Shown piece by piece: positions 1 through 11,219 of a stretch of 64,000 bases of DNA. Below the pieces are notes generated by a model. That model saw only the letters and a program-made list of their open reading frames with translations. It did no database searches and had not been told where the DNA came from. This DNA comes from an uncultured Chloroflexia bacterium (GTDB lineage Bacteria > Chloroflexota > Limnocylindria > Limnocylindrales > CSP1-4): NCBI GenBank assembly GCA_963833225.1, contig CAWHXD010000014.1, positions 1 to 64,000 on the forward strand, in the 5' to 3' direction. Made by a program: the position numbers and the translations under genes. How positions within the stretch are numbered: the stretch's first letter is position 1; the number at the start of each line of letters is the position of its first letter.

Positions 1-278
1 CCTTCTCCCCCAGGGTGTCGCCACGGAGCGTCCAAGGCCGCAAAGGCGAAGAAGGCTAGACCCGCTGCGAGGTTGATCACGTTTGTCGGCAGGGCGAGTG
101 CGAAGGCGATGCCCACCAAGACTGATATCGCGTGGATGATGAGCGTTGCGATCGTGACGGCGACCAGCACCATCCACGCTGGGTAGCGGGCGGCGAACGC
201 GAGGGCCATCAGCTGGCTCTTGTCGCCCAGTTCGGCGAGCAGCACTATGCCGAGGCTCAGCCAGAAGGCTTCGATCAC
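1..278 (-). CDS. TMEM165/GDT1 (UPF0016) family Mn/Ca transporter, runs off the window
   Basis: My translation of the minus strand from GTG 278 gives MIEAFWLSLGIVLLAELGDKSQLMALAFAARY..., with the UPF0016 ExGD(K/R)(S/T) motif and hydrophobic helices. A GGAG RBS lies upstream. Not in the supplied ORF track. Confidence 0.88.
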   Translation of the reverse strand, partial: MIEAFWLSLGIVLLAELGDKSQLMALAFAARYPAWMVLVAVTIATLIIHAISVLVGIAFALALPTNVINLAAGLAFFAFAALDAPWRHPGGE

Positions 279-345
279 GGACTTCTCCGGCTTGTGGGCG
301 CCGGGCCGGGTGCGACCTCGACCCGGCACCCGAGGTTGGGGTGCT

Positions 346-437
346 GGTCGAAGGTCGTCCGCCCGCGTGGGCCCGGCGACCGGGCGCCGAGGCGCCAGCA
401 TGTCGATCTACTCGGAGAGGGACTACTCCCCTTCGGG
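346..437 (-). promoter_or_regulatory. yybP-ykoY manganese riboswitch
   Basis: Minus strand reads CCGAAGGGGAGTAG...GACGACCTTCGACC, the family hallmark. P1 is CGAAGG/CCTTCG. It sits directly upstream of a GDT1-family gene, a typical target of this riboswitch. Confidence 0.8.
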
Positions 438-681
438 TGGAGTGTGCCGCCCGGCGGTCAGCAGCGTCAACTCGACCTCGAGCGCTCGCTCCTACGGTCA
501 TGTCCACGACCCGCCGCACTGGGCGGCCGGAGAATGGAACCGCCTTTGGCTTCGGAGGACTAGCACCGGGGGCGAATAGACCACGTCGCCCTCGCTCGAC
601 CACGCTCATCGCGATGTCGACGGGCGTGCATTCGAGCGTCACCAGCGTCAGATCCGACACCGCGTGGATGCGGCGCGAGCC

Positions 682-1045
682 GTGAAGCTGTGCACGGTCT
701 GCGGTGTCGTCACCAGCCGCGCTGGTAGCCGCTGCACCGAGCACGCCCGCGCAGTCCAACCGCAGCCGGCACAACGCCCTGTACAGCACGCGGGCCTGGC
801 AGCGGCTCAGCGCCCGCGTGCTCCGCGCCTGGCGTGGCGAGCACGGCAACTGGTGCCCGGGCTACCAGCGCGCCGCCCACCCAGCCGCCGACCTGACCGT
901 CGATCACGTCGTCCCGCTCGCCGCTGGCGGTGCGCCGTTCGACATCGCCAACACCGCGGTGCTGTGCCGCTCGTGCAACTCGACGAAGGGTGCGTCGACC
1001 GACCGGGGCGGGGTAGCCCATATGGCGACGCACGCTGCCCGCTGA
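682..1045 (+). CDS. HNH endonuclease (terminase-associated, HK97 gp74-like); indel near 750
   Basis: VKLCTVCG...RCTEH joined to ...LTVDHVVPLAAGG...NTAVLCRSCNSTKG; lies just upstream of the packaging genes. Confidence 0.85.
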
Positions 1046-1247
1046 CCGCGCCTCCCGACTGTGTGCGCGCGGCCGGGTTTCGCGAATTATCCCGGTCGCT
1101 GATCGGGGATCCGCCAAGGTTCGCCCGTGGGCGCCCACGTTGGCCCACGTGCCGCGATGAGCCCGACCGTGGCCAACGACGCGACCGAACGCAAGAAGGC
1201 CCCGGGCTTGGCGCCCGGGGCCCGAGGATCGACTGGCAGGGGCGGTT

Positions 1248-1558
1248 CTATCCGGCGTCGCCCTGCGCGCCGGCCTGCCGGCGCGACTGCCTTGGGCGTG
1301 CGCTTGGTGCGCTTCTTGATCGGCTCCGCGACGGGCTCCGGCTCGGCCGCCTCGCCCTCGGCCGCCTTCCGGGCGAGGGCCGCCTTGCGCAGCGCGTTCG
1401 TGTACTGGTTCCAGTGGGGCTTGCACATCCGGCCGAGGCCGTCCTTCTGGCTGGGCTGGGCCGGGAACTCGGTCGGCCGGCGCCTCGTGCGCCTCGATCC
1501 CGAACTTCGCAGACCCGATGCAGCGTCGCAGCTCGGTCGCGGTGGCGTTCGTGGTCAT
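1248..1558 (-). CDS. Small hypothetical phage protein with Cys/His residues and a Lys/Ala-rich tail; frameshifted
   Basis: MTTNATATELRRCIGSAKFGIEAHEAP joins ...KDGLGRMCKPHWNQYTNALRKAALARKAAE...; AGGAAGGAG RBS upstream. Confidence 0.55.
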
Positions 1559-1579
1559 GGTGTCGATCTCCTTCCTGGC

Positions 1580-1816
1580 TCAGAGGCCGAACGAGGCGGC
1601 GAGCGCCTCGCTCTCCTCGGGTCCCGCGTCGAGGGCGGCGGCGAGCGCCGCGTACATCGCCTCGGTGAACTCGGTGCGCGACAGCCCGTCGAGCGTCGGG
1701 TGCTCGAGGCGCATCCAGGCCTCGACGTGGCGGGGGTCGATGTCCTTCGTCCGCTCGGCGATGAACCGCTGGTAGAAGGTCCACCGGGCCATCTCGCCCA
1801 TCGTCGGCTCCGGCAT
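1580..1816 (-). CDS. Small hypothetical phage protein
   Basis: MPEPTMGEMARWTFYQRFIAERTKDIDPRHVEAWMRLEHPTLDGLS...; AAAGGAGG RBS. Confidence 0.6.
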   Translation of the reverse strand: MPEPTMGEMARWTFYQRFIAERTKDIDPRHVEAWMRLEHPTLDGLSRTEFTEAMYAALAAALDAGPEESEALAASFGL

Positions 1817-1917
1817 CGCGGTGCCTCCTTTCGCTCGCCCACGCCCATCTGGCGTGCGGACGACATCCATCACGCTGTCGTCGCGACGATGCAAGGCCGA
1901 AGATCGGCGGCCGCCCG

Positions 1918-3281
1918 ATGAGCGCGAAGACCGCGGTCGCCGCACCCCCGGCGGGCTGGCGCAACCGGATCACCGGGTCCGGCGAGGAGGCGCCCGACCA
2001 GCTCCTCGCCAACCCCGCGAACTGGCGGATCCACCCGAAGGCGCAGCAGGACGCCCTCGCCGGCGCGCTCGACGCGGTCGGCTGGGTCCAGCAGGTCCTC
2101 GTCAACCGGCGCACGGGCTTCGTCGTCGACGGCCACGCCCGGGTCGCGCTCGCGCTGTCCCGCGGCGAGCCGACCGTGCCGGTCCTGTACGTCGACCTCG
2201 AGCCCGCCGAGGAGGCGCTCGTCCTCGCGACCCTCGACCCGATCGGCGCGATGGCCGGGCGCGACGACGAGAAGCTGAAGGCGCTCCTGGCGGACGTCAC
2301 GGTCGACGACGCCGGGCTGCTCGCGCTCGCTCGGCGACCTCGGCGGCAGCGAGCCGAAGGCCGGGCTGACCGACCCCGACGAGGTGCCCGAGCCGCCCGA
2401 GGAGCCGTACGTCAAGCCGGGCGAGCTCTGGCGTCTGGGCGACCACCGGATCCTGTGCGGCGACGCGACGAACGCCCGACGACGTGGCGCGGCTGCTCGA
2501 CGGCGCGGCGCCGACGCTGCTCGCGACCGACCCGCCGTACGGCGTCCAGCTCGACCAGACCTGGCGCGACGGCGTGTACAACGGGCCGCGCAAGCGGGTC
2601 AAGGGCTGGGGCGTCGTGGCCGGCGCCGAGAAGCCGTACATGATGCGCGAGGTCCCCGACGCCGAGCGAGGCGCCAGCCGGCCAAGCGCGGGCACCACAC
2701 CGCGGGCCACCGCAACACCTCGATCAGCATGGACACCCGGGCCGACTGGTCCGAGGCGTTCGCCCTCGTGCCGTCGCTCCAGGTCGGCTACGTCTGGTAC
2801 GCGAGCATCCACACGCTCGAGGTGCTCCAGGGCCTGCTCGGCATCGGGTTCGAGCTCGCCGGCCAGATCATCTGGGACAAGGGCCTCTTCTCGGTCGGGC
2901 GCTCCTGGTACCACTGGGCCCACGAGCCGTGCGTCGTCGTCCGGCGGCCGGGCGTGCCGCACCTGTTCATCGGCGAGCGCGACCAGTCGACGATCTGGCG
3001 GGCGCCCAGCCCCAAGCGGATCGGAGGCGGCAGCAAGGAGGCGAAGGAGGACCACCCGACCCAGAAGCCGGTGCTCCTCTCCGAGATCCCGATCCGCAAC
3101 CACCTCCGGGCGGGCGAGGCGGTCTACGAGCCGTTCTGCGGGTCGGGCACGACGCTCATGGCGGCCGAGACGCTCGGCCGGCGCTGCTACGCGATGGAGA
3201 TCGACCCCAAGTACGTCCAGGTCGCGATCGAGCGCTGGCAGGCCTTCACCGGGCAAGACGGCGGAGCGGGTCGATGGGTAG
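1918..3281 (+). CDS. ParB-like N-terminal domain + beta-class N4/N6 DNA methyltransferase; several indels
   Basis: NPANWRIHP...VVDGHARV (ParB-like), HRILCGD, TDPPYG, HPTQKPV, EPFCGSGTT, AMEIDPKY, spread over ORFs 1918, 2384 and 2484. Confidence 0.88.
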
Positions 3282-3770
3282 GCGCGGCCCGGCGCCGACC
3301 CCGACGAAGGTGAAGCGGCTCCTCGGCGAGACGCGCCCGCGCCGCCTCAACCTGCGCGAGCCGATGCCCGTCGGCCGACGTGCCGAAGATGCCGGCCGAC
3401 ATGGACGCCGACGCCAAGGTCGTCTGGCGGCGGGTCCTCCGCGACATGCGCCACACGGGCGTCATCCGGGCGGCCGACGCCGACGTCCTGCGCTGCTACT
3501 GCGAGGCGGTCAGCCGCTACGCCGCGGCGGCCCGGCTGTACGCGCCAGACCGGGCCCCTGACCGCGGCCGCGACGGCGAACCTCGTCAAGAACCCGCTCC
3601 ACCAGGTCGCCCGCGACAACGCCGACGAGGTCCGCCAGTTCGCCCGCGAGCTCGGCCTCTCGCCGTCGGCCCGGGTCGGCCTGCGGATCGACCAGGCGCG
3701 CGCGCTCGACGTCCTCACCGCCGACATCGGGCTCCCGCCGCGGCTTCGGGTGGTCGGCGATGTGGGCTGA
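3274..3770 (+). CDS. terS: Terminase small subunit, P27 family; indels
   Basis: MGRRGPAPTPTKVKRLLGE...AADADVLRCYCEA...KNPLHQV...FARELGLSPSAR, the P27 signature. Confidence 0.85.
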
Positions 3771-5299
3771 GCCGTGGTCCCCGATGCCCTGTCCGGCGGC
3801 CCCCACTTCGCCGCGTACTGCGAGCGCTACATCCGCCACACCAAGGGCCGCTGGGCCGGCCGGCCCCTCGTCTACGAGCCCTGGCAGCGCGAGTTCTGGT
3901 GGGAGGCCCTCGAGTTCGATCCCGCGACCGGCCTCCGCATCTACAACGAGGTCGGCCTCGGCATCCCGCGCAAGAACACGAAGTCCACGATGGCCAGCGC
4001 CGCCGGGCTGTACATGCTCGACGCCGACGGCGAGCCCGAGCCCGAGGTCTACGTCGCCGCGGCCGCCCGCAACCAGGCCGGCATCGTCCTGGGCCAGGCC
4101 CGGAGCATGGTCCAGCGCAGCCCGCTCCTGCTCGACCGGCTCGTCCCGCACCGCTACGTCATCGAGTGCCCGCGCAACGGCGGGGTCATGCGCTCCCTCA
4201 GTCGTCCGACGCCGCCCTCCAGCACGGCCTCAACCCGTCGGCCAACATCGTCGACGAGCTCCACGCCCACAAGTCCGCCGAGCTCTACACCGCCCTCACG
4301 ACCGGGACCGGCGCCCGCGAGCAGCCGTTCACGCTCTGGATCACGACCGCCGGCGTCGCCGGCGAGGGCATCCTCGCCGAGCTGTTCGAGTCGATGTTCT
4401 CAGGGTCCGGCGAGCTCGAGGATCGGGGCTCCCTCCTCATCTACCGCGACCGCGTCAACGGCACCCTCATCTACTGGTACGGCGCGCCACGCGACGCGGA
4501 CATCGAGGACCCCGCGGTCTGGTACGCCGCGAACCCCGTCTCCTGGCTCCACGACGGCAAGTACCTGGGCGCCCAGTTCGCGCGGCTTCGGGCTCGCGGC
4601 GCGCTCCTCGAGTGGCGCCGCTACCACCTCAACCAGTTCGTCGGCTTCGAGGACGCCTGGCTCCGCGACGGCGCGTGGCGCGCGACCGACGGGCGACCTG
4701 CCGCTCAACGCGGCCTGCCGATCGGGGTCGGCATCGACCGGAGCCCGGGCGGCGAGCACGCGCGCGATCGCGGTCGCGCAGCGCCAAGGGGACCGGGTCG
4801 TGGTGAGGGCGCAGGTGTTCGCGCCCGAGTCGGCGACCGGGATGGCCAGCACCGAGGCGATGCGCGTCCGCCTCCGCGAGCTGCGCGCCGAGTTCCCGCT
4901 GCCGCAGGCCCGCGACGAGCGGACGAAGCGGGCGCTGCCGGGGCCCGCCTTCGCGTTCGACCGCCAGGCGTTCGGCGAGTCGGCCGAGATGCTCGGCCAC
5001 GACGGGCTGAACATGGTCGAGGTCCCGATGACCGCGGCGGTCATGGGCCCGCCCTCGACCCTCGCCTACGAGCTCATCACGACCGGGCGCCTCGTCCACG
5101 AGGCCGACCCGATCCTCGCCGAGCACGTCGCCAACACGACCGCGGTCCTGACCGACCGGGGCATGAAGGTCACCCGCAGTCAAGCACGGCTCGACCCGCC
5201 CCAACATCGCCGCCGTGGCGATGGTCCGGGCGATCGCGATGGCGATGCTCGAGCCGCCCCCGCCGCCGAAGCCCCGCGTGTATCGGGAGCTTCCGGTGA
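3760..5299 (+). CDS. terL: Terminase large subunit; indels
   Basis: HTKGRWAGRP, Walker-A-like IPRKNTKST, EVYVAAA..NQA, Walker B IVDELH, ITTAG, ANP, RRYHLNQF, and a nuclease region GVGID. Confidence 0.92.
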
Positions 5300-6836
5300 T
5301 GGCGCGCCCGACGTCGGCAGCCCGACCTGGTGGCTCGACCGGCTCGGCCGCCGCCTGACCGAGCGGGCGGGCCGGGCGACGTTCACCCGCGGTCGGCCGG
5401 CGCGACGATGTGGGCGTCGACCGCCGCCTCGTCGACGCGACCGGGATGGCCCTCTACCAGGCGTACTACGAGGGCACGCACCGCGAGACGTACAAGATCC
5501 GCCGGGTCATCGAGGCGTTCGGCCTGCGGATGCCGATCTACGTCAACTACGCGGGCGTCGTCGTCGACTCGATCAGCGAGCGCCTCGGCGTCGACGGCTT
5601 CACGTTCGGCGGCGACGACCGGGCGCTCTGCGGCCGCCTGGGAGATCTGGCAGGACAACAACCTCGACGCGGGCTTCAAGCGGGGCATGCGCTCGGGGCT
5701 CATCAAGGGCGAGTTCAGCCTCGTCCTGTGGCCCGACGAGGACTGGGCGCCGCGGATCTGGGTCGAGGACGGGGCCGAGGTCATCGTGTCCGTCCACCCC
5801 GAGACCGGGGTGCGCCGGGCCGCGCTCAAGCGCTGGACCGACGAGGACGAGCCGGGCGCGATGTTCGCCAACCTGTTCCTGCCCGACGCCGTCTACAAGT
5901 ACCGGACGCCGCTCGCGGCGAACACCGCCGGCGCCGAGCTCGCGACGGTCGGCGGCACGGCCTGGGAGCGCCGGATCGTGCCGGGCGAGCCGTGGCCGCT
6001 GCCCAACCCGCTCGGCGAGGTGCCGGTCATCCCGTTCCCCAACAAGCCCGACCTGCACCTCGTCGGCGAGTCCGAGCTCGGCAAGGTCGTGCCGATCCAG
6101 GACGCGATCAACGCCAACATCGCGAACGTCATGCTGGCCGGGCTCTACGGGGCCTTCCGCCAGAAGGTCATGCTCAACTTCGCGCTCGAGGTCGACCCGG
6201 CCACCGGCGCCCCGGTCCAGCCGTTCGACGTCGCGCTCGACTCGCTCATCACCGTGCCGCCGAACGCGCCGGGCGAGCCCGAGCCGCGGCTCGCCGAGTT
6301 CAGCCAGACCGACCTCGCGGGCTACATCAAGGTCCACGAGACGCTCGTCCAGGCGATCGCCACCGCGAGCCGCTTCCCGCCCCACTACCTCCTGGGCACC
6401 CAGGGCACGTTCCCGTCGGGCGAGAGCCTGACCGCGGTCGAGCGCGGCATCAGCGCGGTCGCGGGCGAGCGGGGCGACGACTGGAAGGACCCGCTCGAGG
6501 ACGCGATGCGCCTGGCCTTCCGGATCAAGGCCCGCGCGCCGGGCAACTCGGCCGCGGCCGCCGCCCGCTACGAGAAGTGGGCCGACGATGACCGGCGCCG
6601 AGGCGGCGTTCCGCAACCCCGAGACGAAGTCCGAGAGCCAGCACGTCGACGCCGTGACCAAGAAGAAGGACCTCGACGTCCCGCGCCGCCAGCTGTGGAC
6701 CGAGCTCGGCTACAGCCAGCAGCAGGTCCTCGACTGGGAGGCCGAGCTCGCGGCCGCGCCGCCGGAGCCCCCGACACGCACCGTCGATGCCGCCGCGTCA
6801 GTCGCCGTACCCGACGCGGTGGCGCCGCCGGCATGA
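5299..6836 (+). CDS. Phage portal protein (SPP1/Gp6-like); indels
   Basis: YQAYYEG, VNYAGVVVDSISERL, WEIWQDNNLD, LGEVPVIPF, GESEL..V.PIQDAIN, PSGESL, LWTELGYS; follows terL. Confidence 0.9.
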
Positions 6837-6839
6837 ACC

Positions 6840-7700
6840 TAGCGCGAGGGCGCGATCGCAGCCACTCGCGAGGCGGCACGCCGCGGAGGCTCGTCCGGTG
6901 ATCGAGGAAGACGCGGCAGCGCGGCGTGTAGCTCGTCGGGTCGACGTCATCCAGGCGGCGATGCCTCGAGCGAGCTGCCGATGCGCGGCGGCCTCACCTC
7001 GAGATACCACTCCCAGAACGCGCGCCAGCTGCGAGTCGTCAGATGGCCGTCTCCTGACCGATCCCAGACGGCCCCGCGCAGGCGGTCAAGCTGGCGAGGA
7101 TAGCAGGCGTCCCCACGTCGCCGACCTCGATCTCCGAGCTGCCGATGCGCCATCGCTGGATCGCAGGGTGCGAGGACCGCCACGCACGGCCGCCGCGTAG
7201 GCAGCGAAGCCGGCGTAGGCTCGGACGGAAGTCGGCGTGCCCTCGTGGGCGTCGTCCCATGAGCATCCAGCTCGTGGCAGTCGCCAGATGCGCAGGCTCG
7301 CGCCGTGTCCATTGACGTGGCAGTTCGACCGCGTCGTCGAGACAGGCCGCCGGAGGCGCCGACGAGCTCCGTCCGACAGAGCAGCCGTCCCAGGAACTGA
7401 CGGTCGGGGAGCCGTGGCGGCAGCGCAGCCGGCAGGTGCCTCGCAGCCCGTCGCCACAGGACCGCGTGTCGAACGGGTTCCTCTCGACAGGCGGTCGCTG
7501 CAGGTCGCGTCGCGACGAGCCACGCTGCCGGTGGCAGGCAGCGGCGGGCTTCGAGGCCGCGCGGCAATCGACAGTGTGCGCCGAGCGCGCGCGACGAATC
7601 GAGGCTGTCGCAGTCGCACCGATGGGTTGCTGGGACGAGACGCTCTGATGGCGGGAGTCCGCTCCATAGCCGCAGATCGGCCCCTCCACATCCCCGGGCC
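6840..7700. other. Uncharacterised insert between portal and scaffold, possibly a degraded minus-strand accessory (moron) gene
   Basis: No clean + strand ORF. Minus-strand fragments include VERNPFDTR, LDDAVELP and RAFWEWYLEV. Codon style differs from the flanks. Confidence 0.3.
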
Positions 7701-7733
7701 GATTGACACCGCAGGAGGCGCGCAGCCACCCTC

Positions 7734-8378
7734 ATGAGCGAACCGACCAGTCCCGCGGGCGCAACGCCCGCCGCGGGAGGCGCAACGCCTCCCCAGACGC
7801 CGCCGGCGGCCAGCGCGCCGGCCCCGACCCCGCAGGCCCAGCCTGCCGCCGCCCCTGCCCCGGATCCGTCCGCACCGGACGACACCCCTGGGCCTGGGCG
7901 ACGCCGGCAAGCGGGCCCTCGACGCGATGAAGGCCGAGCGCAACGCCGCCCTCGCCGCGTCGAAGGCCGCCGAGCGGGAGCTCGAGCAGCTCCGGACCGC
8001 ATCGCTGTCCGAGTCCGAGAAGGCCATCGCCGCCGCGCGCAAGGCCGGCGCCGACGAGGTCACCGAACGGCTCCACGCCCGGGTCCGCCGGGCCGAGACC
8101 AAGCTCGCCCTCGCGCGCGCCGGCGCCGTGCCCTCGCTCATCGAGGACCTCGCCAACGCCGCGGAGTTCGCCGCCCTGGTGGTCGACGACACCGACCAGG
8201 TGACGGGCCTCGACGACGCGCTCAAGGCGCACCGCTCGCGGGTGCCCGATGCGTACCGGACGCCGGCCGACGCCCGGGTCCGGGCTCGGTCGACGGCGGG
8301 CCCCGCGCGCCAGGAGCGCCGCGGGCGACCGATCTGGCCACCGCCGTCGCGGCCCGGCTCGGATCACGAACCGGCTGA
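7734..8378 (+). CDS. Capsid scaffolding protein; indels
   Basis: Pro/Ala-rich N-terminus, then GDAGKRALDAMKAER...SLSESEKAI coiled coil; directly before the capsid gene. Confidence 0.75.
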   Translation: MSEPTSPAGATPAAGGATPPQTPPAASAPAPTPQAQPAAAPAPDPSAPDDTPGPGRRRQAGPRRDEGRAQRRPRRVEGRRAGARAAPDRIAVRVREGHRRRAQGRRRRGHRTAPRPGPPGRDQARPRARRRRALAHRGPRQRRGVRRPGGRRHRPGDGPRRRAQGAPLAGARCVPDAGRRPGPGSVDGGPRAPGAPRATDLATAVAARLGSRTG

Positions 8379-8420
8379 CACCGCCCGCCCGAGGGGACGG
8401 GCCTGAAAGGAGAACCACCG

Positions 8421-9402
8421 ATGCCCGTCACCCTCGCCGAGGCGGCGCTCAACACCCAGGACGACGTCGACCGCCTCGTCATCGACGAGTTCCGCAAGCA
8501 GTCGGCCCTGCTCGACAGCCTGCTGTTCCACGACACCGTCAACCCGATGGGCGGCGGCTCGACCCTCACCTACGGCTACCACCGGGTCATCACCGAGCGG
8601 GCCGCCGCCTTCCGCGCGATCAACGCCGAGTACACCCCGGCCGAGGCCGCCAAGGAGCGCTACACGGTCGACCTGCAAGCCGCTCGGCGGCGCGTTCCAG
8701 ATCGACCGCGTCCTGTCCGACCTCGCCCGCGGCGCCGAGACCGCCTTCCAGCTCGAGCAGCTGGCCAAGGCGACCCGGACGAAGTTCACCGACGAGCTGA
8801 TCAACGGCGACACGGCGGTCAACCCCGACGGGTTCGACGGCCTCGACGCCGCGCTCACCGGGACGTCGACCGAGATCGCGGCCTCGGCCCTCCCGGGCGG
8901 TGGCGACTGGACCGACTTCGACGTCGCGGCCACCTCCTACATGAAGGCCCTCGACGCGATCGACCAGTGGCTCTCGGTCCTCGACGGGCCGCCCTCGGTC
9001 ATCGTCGGCAACAGCCTCGCGATCGCCAAGTTCCGGGCCGTCGCACGGCGGGCGAACCAGTACGTCGAGCGCCCCGTCGAGGGGCTGACGGGCGGCAGCG
9101 GCGCGCCGATCCGGCGCGAGTTCTACGGCAACGCCCTGCTCGTCGACGCCGGCGCCAAGGCCGGCTCCAACAACCCGATCATCCCGGTCGCCCTGGGGCT
9201 CACCGACCTCTACGCCTACCGGGTCGGCCTCGACGGCTTCCACGGCGTGACGGTCTCGGGCCAGCCCCTGGTCCGGACCTGGCTGCCCGACTTCACCGAG
9301 GCGGGTGCCGTCAAGACCGGCGAGGTCGAGATGGGCCCGCTCGCGGTCGCGCTCAAGGCGACGAAGGCCGCGACGGTGCTGCGCGGCGTGACGGTGTCCT
9401 GA
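8421..9402 (+). CDS. Major capsid protein; indel near 8680
   Basis: MPVTLAEAA...FRAINAEY...LGGAFQIDRVL...INGD..FDGLD...GAVKTGEVEMGPLAVALKATKAATVLRGV; strong AAAGGAG RBS. Confidence 0.88.
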
Positions 9403-9635
9403 TGACCACCCGCACGATCAGCACCCCCGACCCGGGCTTCACCGGCACCCGGGCCGGGGTCGTCTTCCGCGACGGACGGGGCGAGGTCGAGGCCGACGAC
9501 GCCTCGGCCCTCGCCTACTTCGCCCGGCACGGCTACGCCCTCGACGAGCCGGCCGCACCCGCCAAGCGGGGGCGGACCAAGCCAGTCGAGGCCGCAACCG
9601 CGGATCCGACCGCCGTGGACGAGCCGGAGGGCTGA
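9402..9635 (+). CDS. Small virion-associated protein
   Basis: MTTRTISTPDPGFTGTRAGVVFRDG...ALAYFARHGY; start overlaps the capsid stop (TGATG). Confidence 0.7.
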   Translation: MTTRTISTPDPGFTGTRAGVVFRDGRGEVEADDASALAYFARHGYALDEPAAPAKRGRTKPVEAATADPTAVDEPEG

Positions 9636-9641
9636 CGCCCG

Positions 9642-10193
9642 ATGGCGACCCTGCTTGATCCCGACCACGTGGCCGCCCTGATGTCGCCGGGCATCGAGGC
9701 GGCCGACCTTGTGCTCGTCATCGAGCGCGAGGAAGACTGGCTCGCCAACGACCCGGTCGACGGGATCGGCCAGCTGGTCGGCGAGCGGGTCGATGCGATC
9801 TGGGTCACCCCGGGTGACGACCGGCCCCTGCTCCTGCGCCGTCCGACGACCGCGGTCGAGGTCGTCGACGGCGGGGTCGCGCTCAGCGCCGACGAGATCC
9901 ACCTGCTCGGCGGGACCCGGCTCGAGCCCGCCGGCGCCTGGCGCGGTCCGACCGTCACCGTCACCTCGACGCCGACCGACCAGCCCGCGGTCGAGCGGGT
10001 CCTGCTCGAGCTCGTCCGTCTGACGCTCTCGGCGAGCCCGTACCAGCAGGAGTCGTCGGACGGCCACAGCTACACGCGCCCGGCCGACCAGGGCGTGACT
10101 CGCTCGCGCCTGGCGCGGTCGCTGTGGCCCCACCGCGGCGTGATGAGCACGAGGCTCCGGACCGGCCTCGGGAGCGGCCGGGTGACGGCGTGA
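9642..10193 (+). CDS. Putative head-tail adaptor/connector
   Basis: Intact 183-aa ORF with ...YQQESSDGHSY; positioned after the capsid gene. Confidence 0.6.
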   Translation: MATLLDPDHVAALMSPGIEAADLVLVIEREEDWLANDPVDGIGQLVGERVDAIWVTPGDDRPLLLRRPTTAVEVVDGGVALSADEIHLLGGTRLEPAGAWRGPTVTVTSTPTDQPAVERVLLELVRLTLSASPYQQESSDGHSYTRPADQGVTRSRLARSLWPHRGVMSTRLRTGLGSGRVTA

Positions 10194-10619
10194 GCGGCGT
10201 CTTCGTCCCGATCGTCGACGCCGTCCGGGCCCTGCTGCCGCTGCCAACCGGCTTCACCGCCGACGACGGGGCGACCGAGCCCACCCTTCCCAAGCCCCGG
10301 CGTCTGTACGTCTGGCCGCGGCGACTGGCGCCGCAGCGCGTCGAGGAGGCCGACGGCCGCTTCGAGGAGGCCGGCGTCCGCCTGCGCGTGCTCTACACGG
10401 TCGGGGCCAAGGGCGAGCCCCGGGTCCAACGCAACGACCGGGCGGTCACGCTCGCCCTCGACGCGATCGTGCCCGACGTCGTTGCCGCGATCGCCGGCCA
10501 ACCGCCGCGGCGAGCTGTGGTGGGACGCCTACATCGAGGGCGTCGTCCCGGACGCCGTGCGGACGGCGGACGTGCGCGGCATCGGCTTCGACCTCGTCGT
10601 CCGGATCGAGGCAGCGTGA
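10190..10619 (+). CDS. Putative tail-completion/neck protein; indel near 10500
   Basis: VSGVFVPIVDAVRALL...LWWDAYIEG...GIGFDLVVRIEAA; translationally coupled. Confidence 0.5.
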
Positions 10620-10837
10620 TGAGCGACGCCGTCGTCCGCTTCCGGTCGCCGCGCCAGCCCGCCCACTACGTCCGCGCCGGCCGCGGCTACAAGTTCGTCG
10701 GCGGCCGCCTGGCGGTCGCCGGATCCGATGCCGATGCGGTCCGCGCCTATGCCCGGGCCAACCCGTCGCTCGGCATCGTCGAGGAGCGCAGCCCGCGGGC
10801 GTCGCGGGCGCCAAAGGTCCCGGAGGGCGAGGCGTGA
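10619..10837 (+). CDS. Small hypothetical phage protein
   Basis: MSDAVVRFRSPRQPAHYVRAGRGYKFVGGRL...; coupled start and stop. Confidence 0.5.
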   Translation: MSDAVVRFRSPRQPAHYVRAGRGYKFVGGRLAVAGSDADAVRAYARANPSLGIVEERSPRASRAPKVPEGEA

Positions 10838-11190
10838 GCGGCCTCGTGATCACGCGCGTCAAGTGGGACCCGGAGCGGGCCCTCTCGACCGCCGAGCAGC
10901 TCGGCCGGGAGACGACCGTCCGGGGCGGCGAGCTCCTGCTCGAGCTCGCCCGCGGGCGCGTGCCGTACCGGACGGGCAAGTTGGCCGCCAGCGCACGGCT
11001 CAAGGCCAACGAGCGGGGCGTGGCGATCGGGTACAGCCGCTGGTACGCCCGCGTCCTGCACGCCCGCGCCGACGACTGGAGCTTCGGGGCCGGGCGCTCC
11101 GGGCGGTGGCTGGAGGAGACGATCGACGCCGAGGCCGACTCGGTCGGCCGGGTCATCGCCGAGGCATTTCGGAGCGGCTGGCCGGGCTGA
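10834..11190 (+). CDS. HK97 gp10-like neck/tail protein
   Basis: VPYRTGKLAAS...YARVLH...GRWLE pattern. Confidence 0.7.
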   Translation: MSGLVITRVKWDPERALSTAEQLGRETTVRGGELLLELARGRVPYRTGKLAASARLKANERGVAIGYSRWYARVLHARADDWSFGAGRSGRWLEETIDAEADSVGRVIAEAFRSGWPG

Positions 11191-11219
11191 CGCCCGGCCA
11201 GCGGAAAGGAGACGGAGCC

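Noticed and set aside
440-681. Left att site of the element
   Set aside because: No convincing match to TGGCGCGCCCGACAGG by eye.
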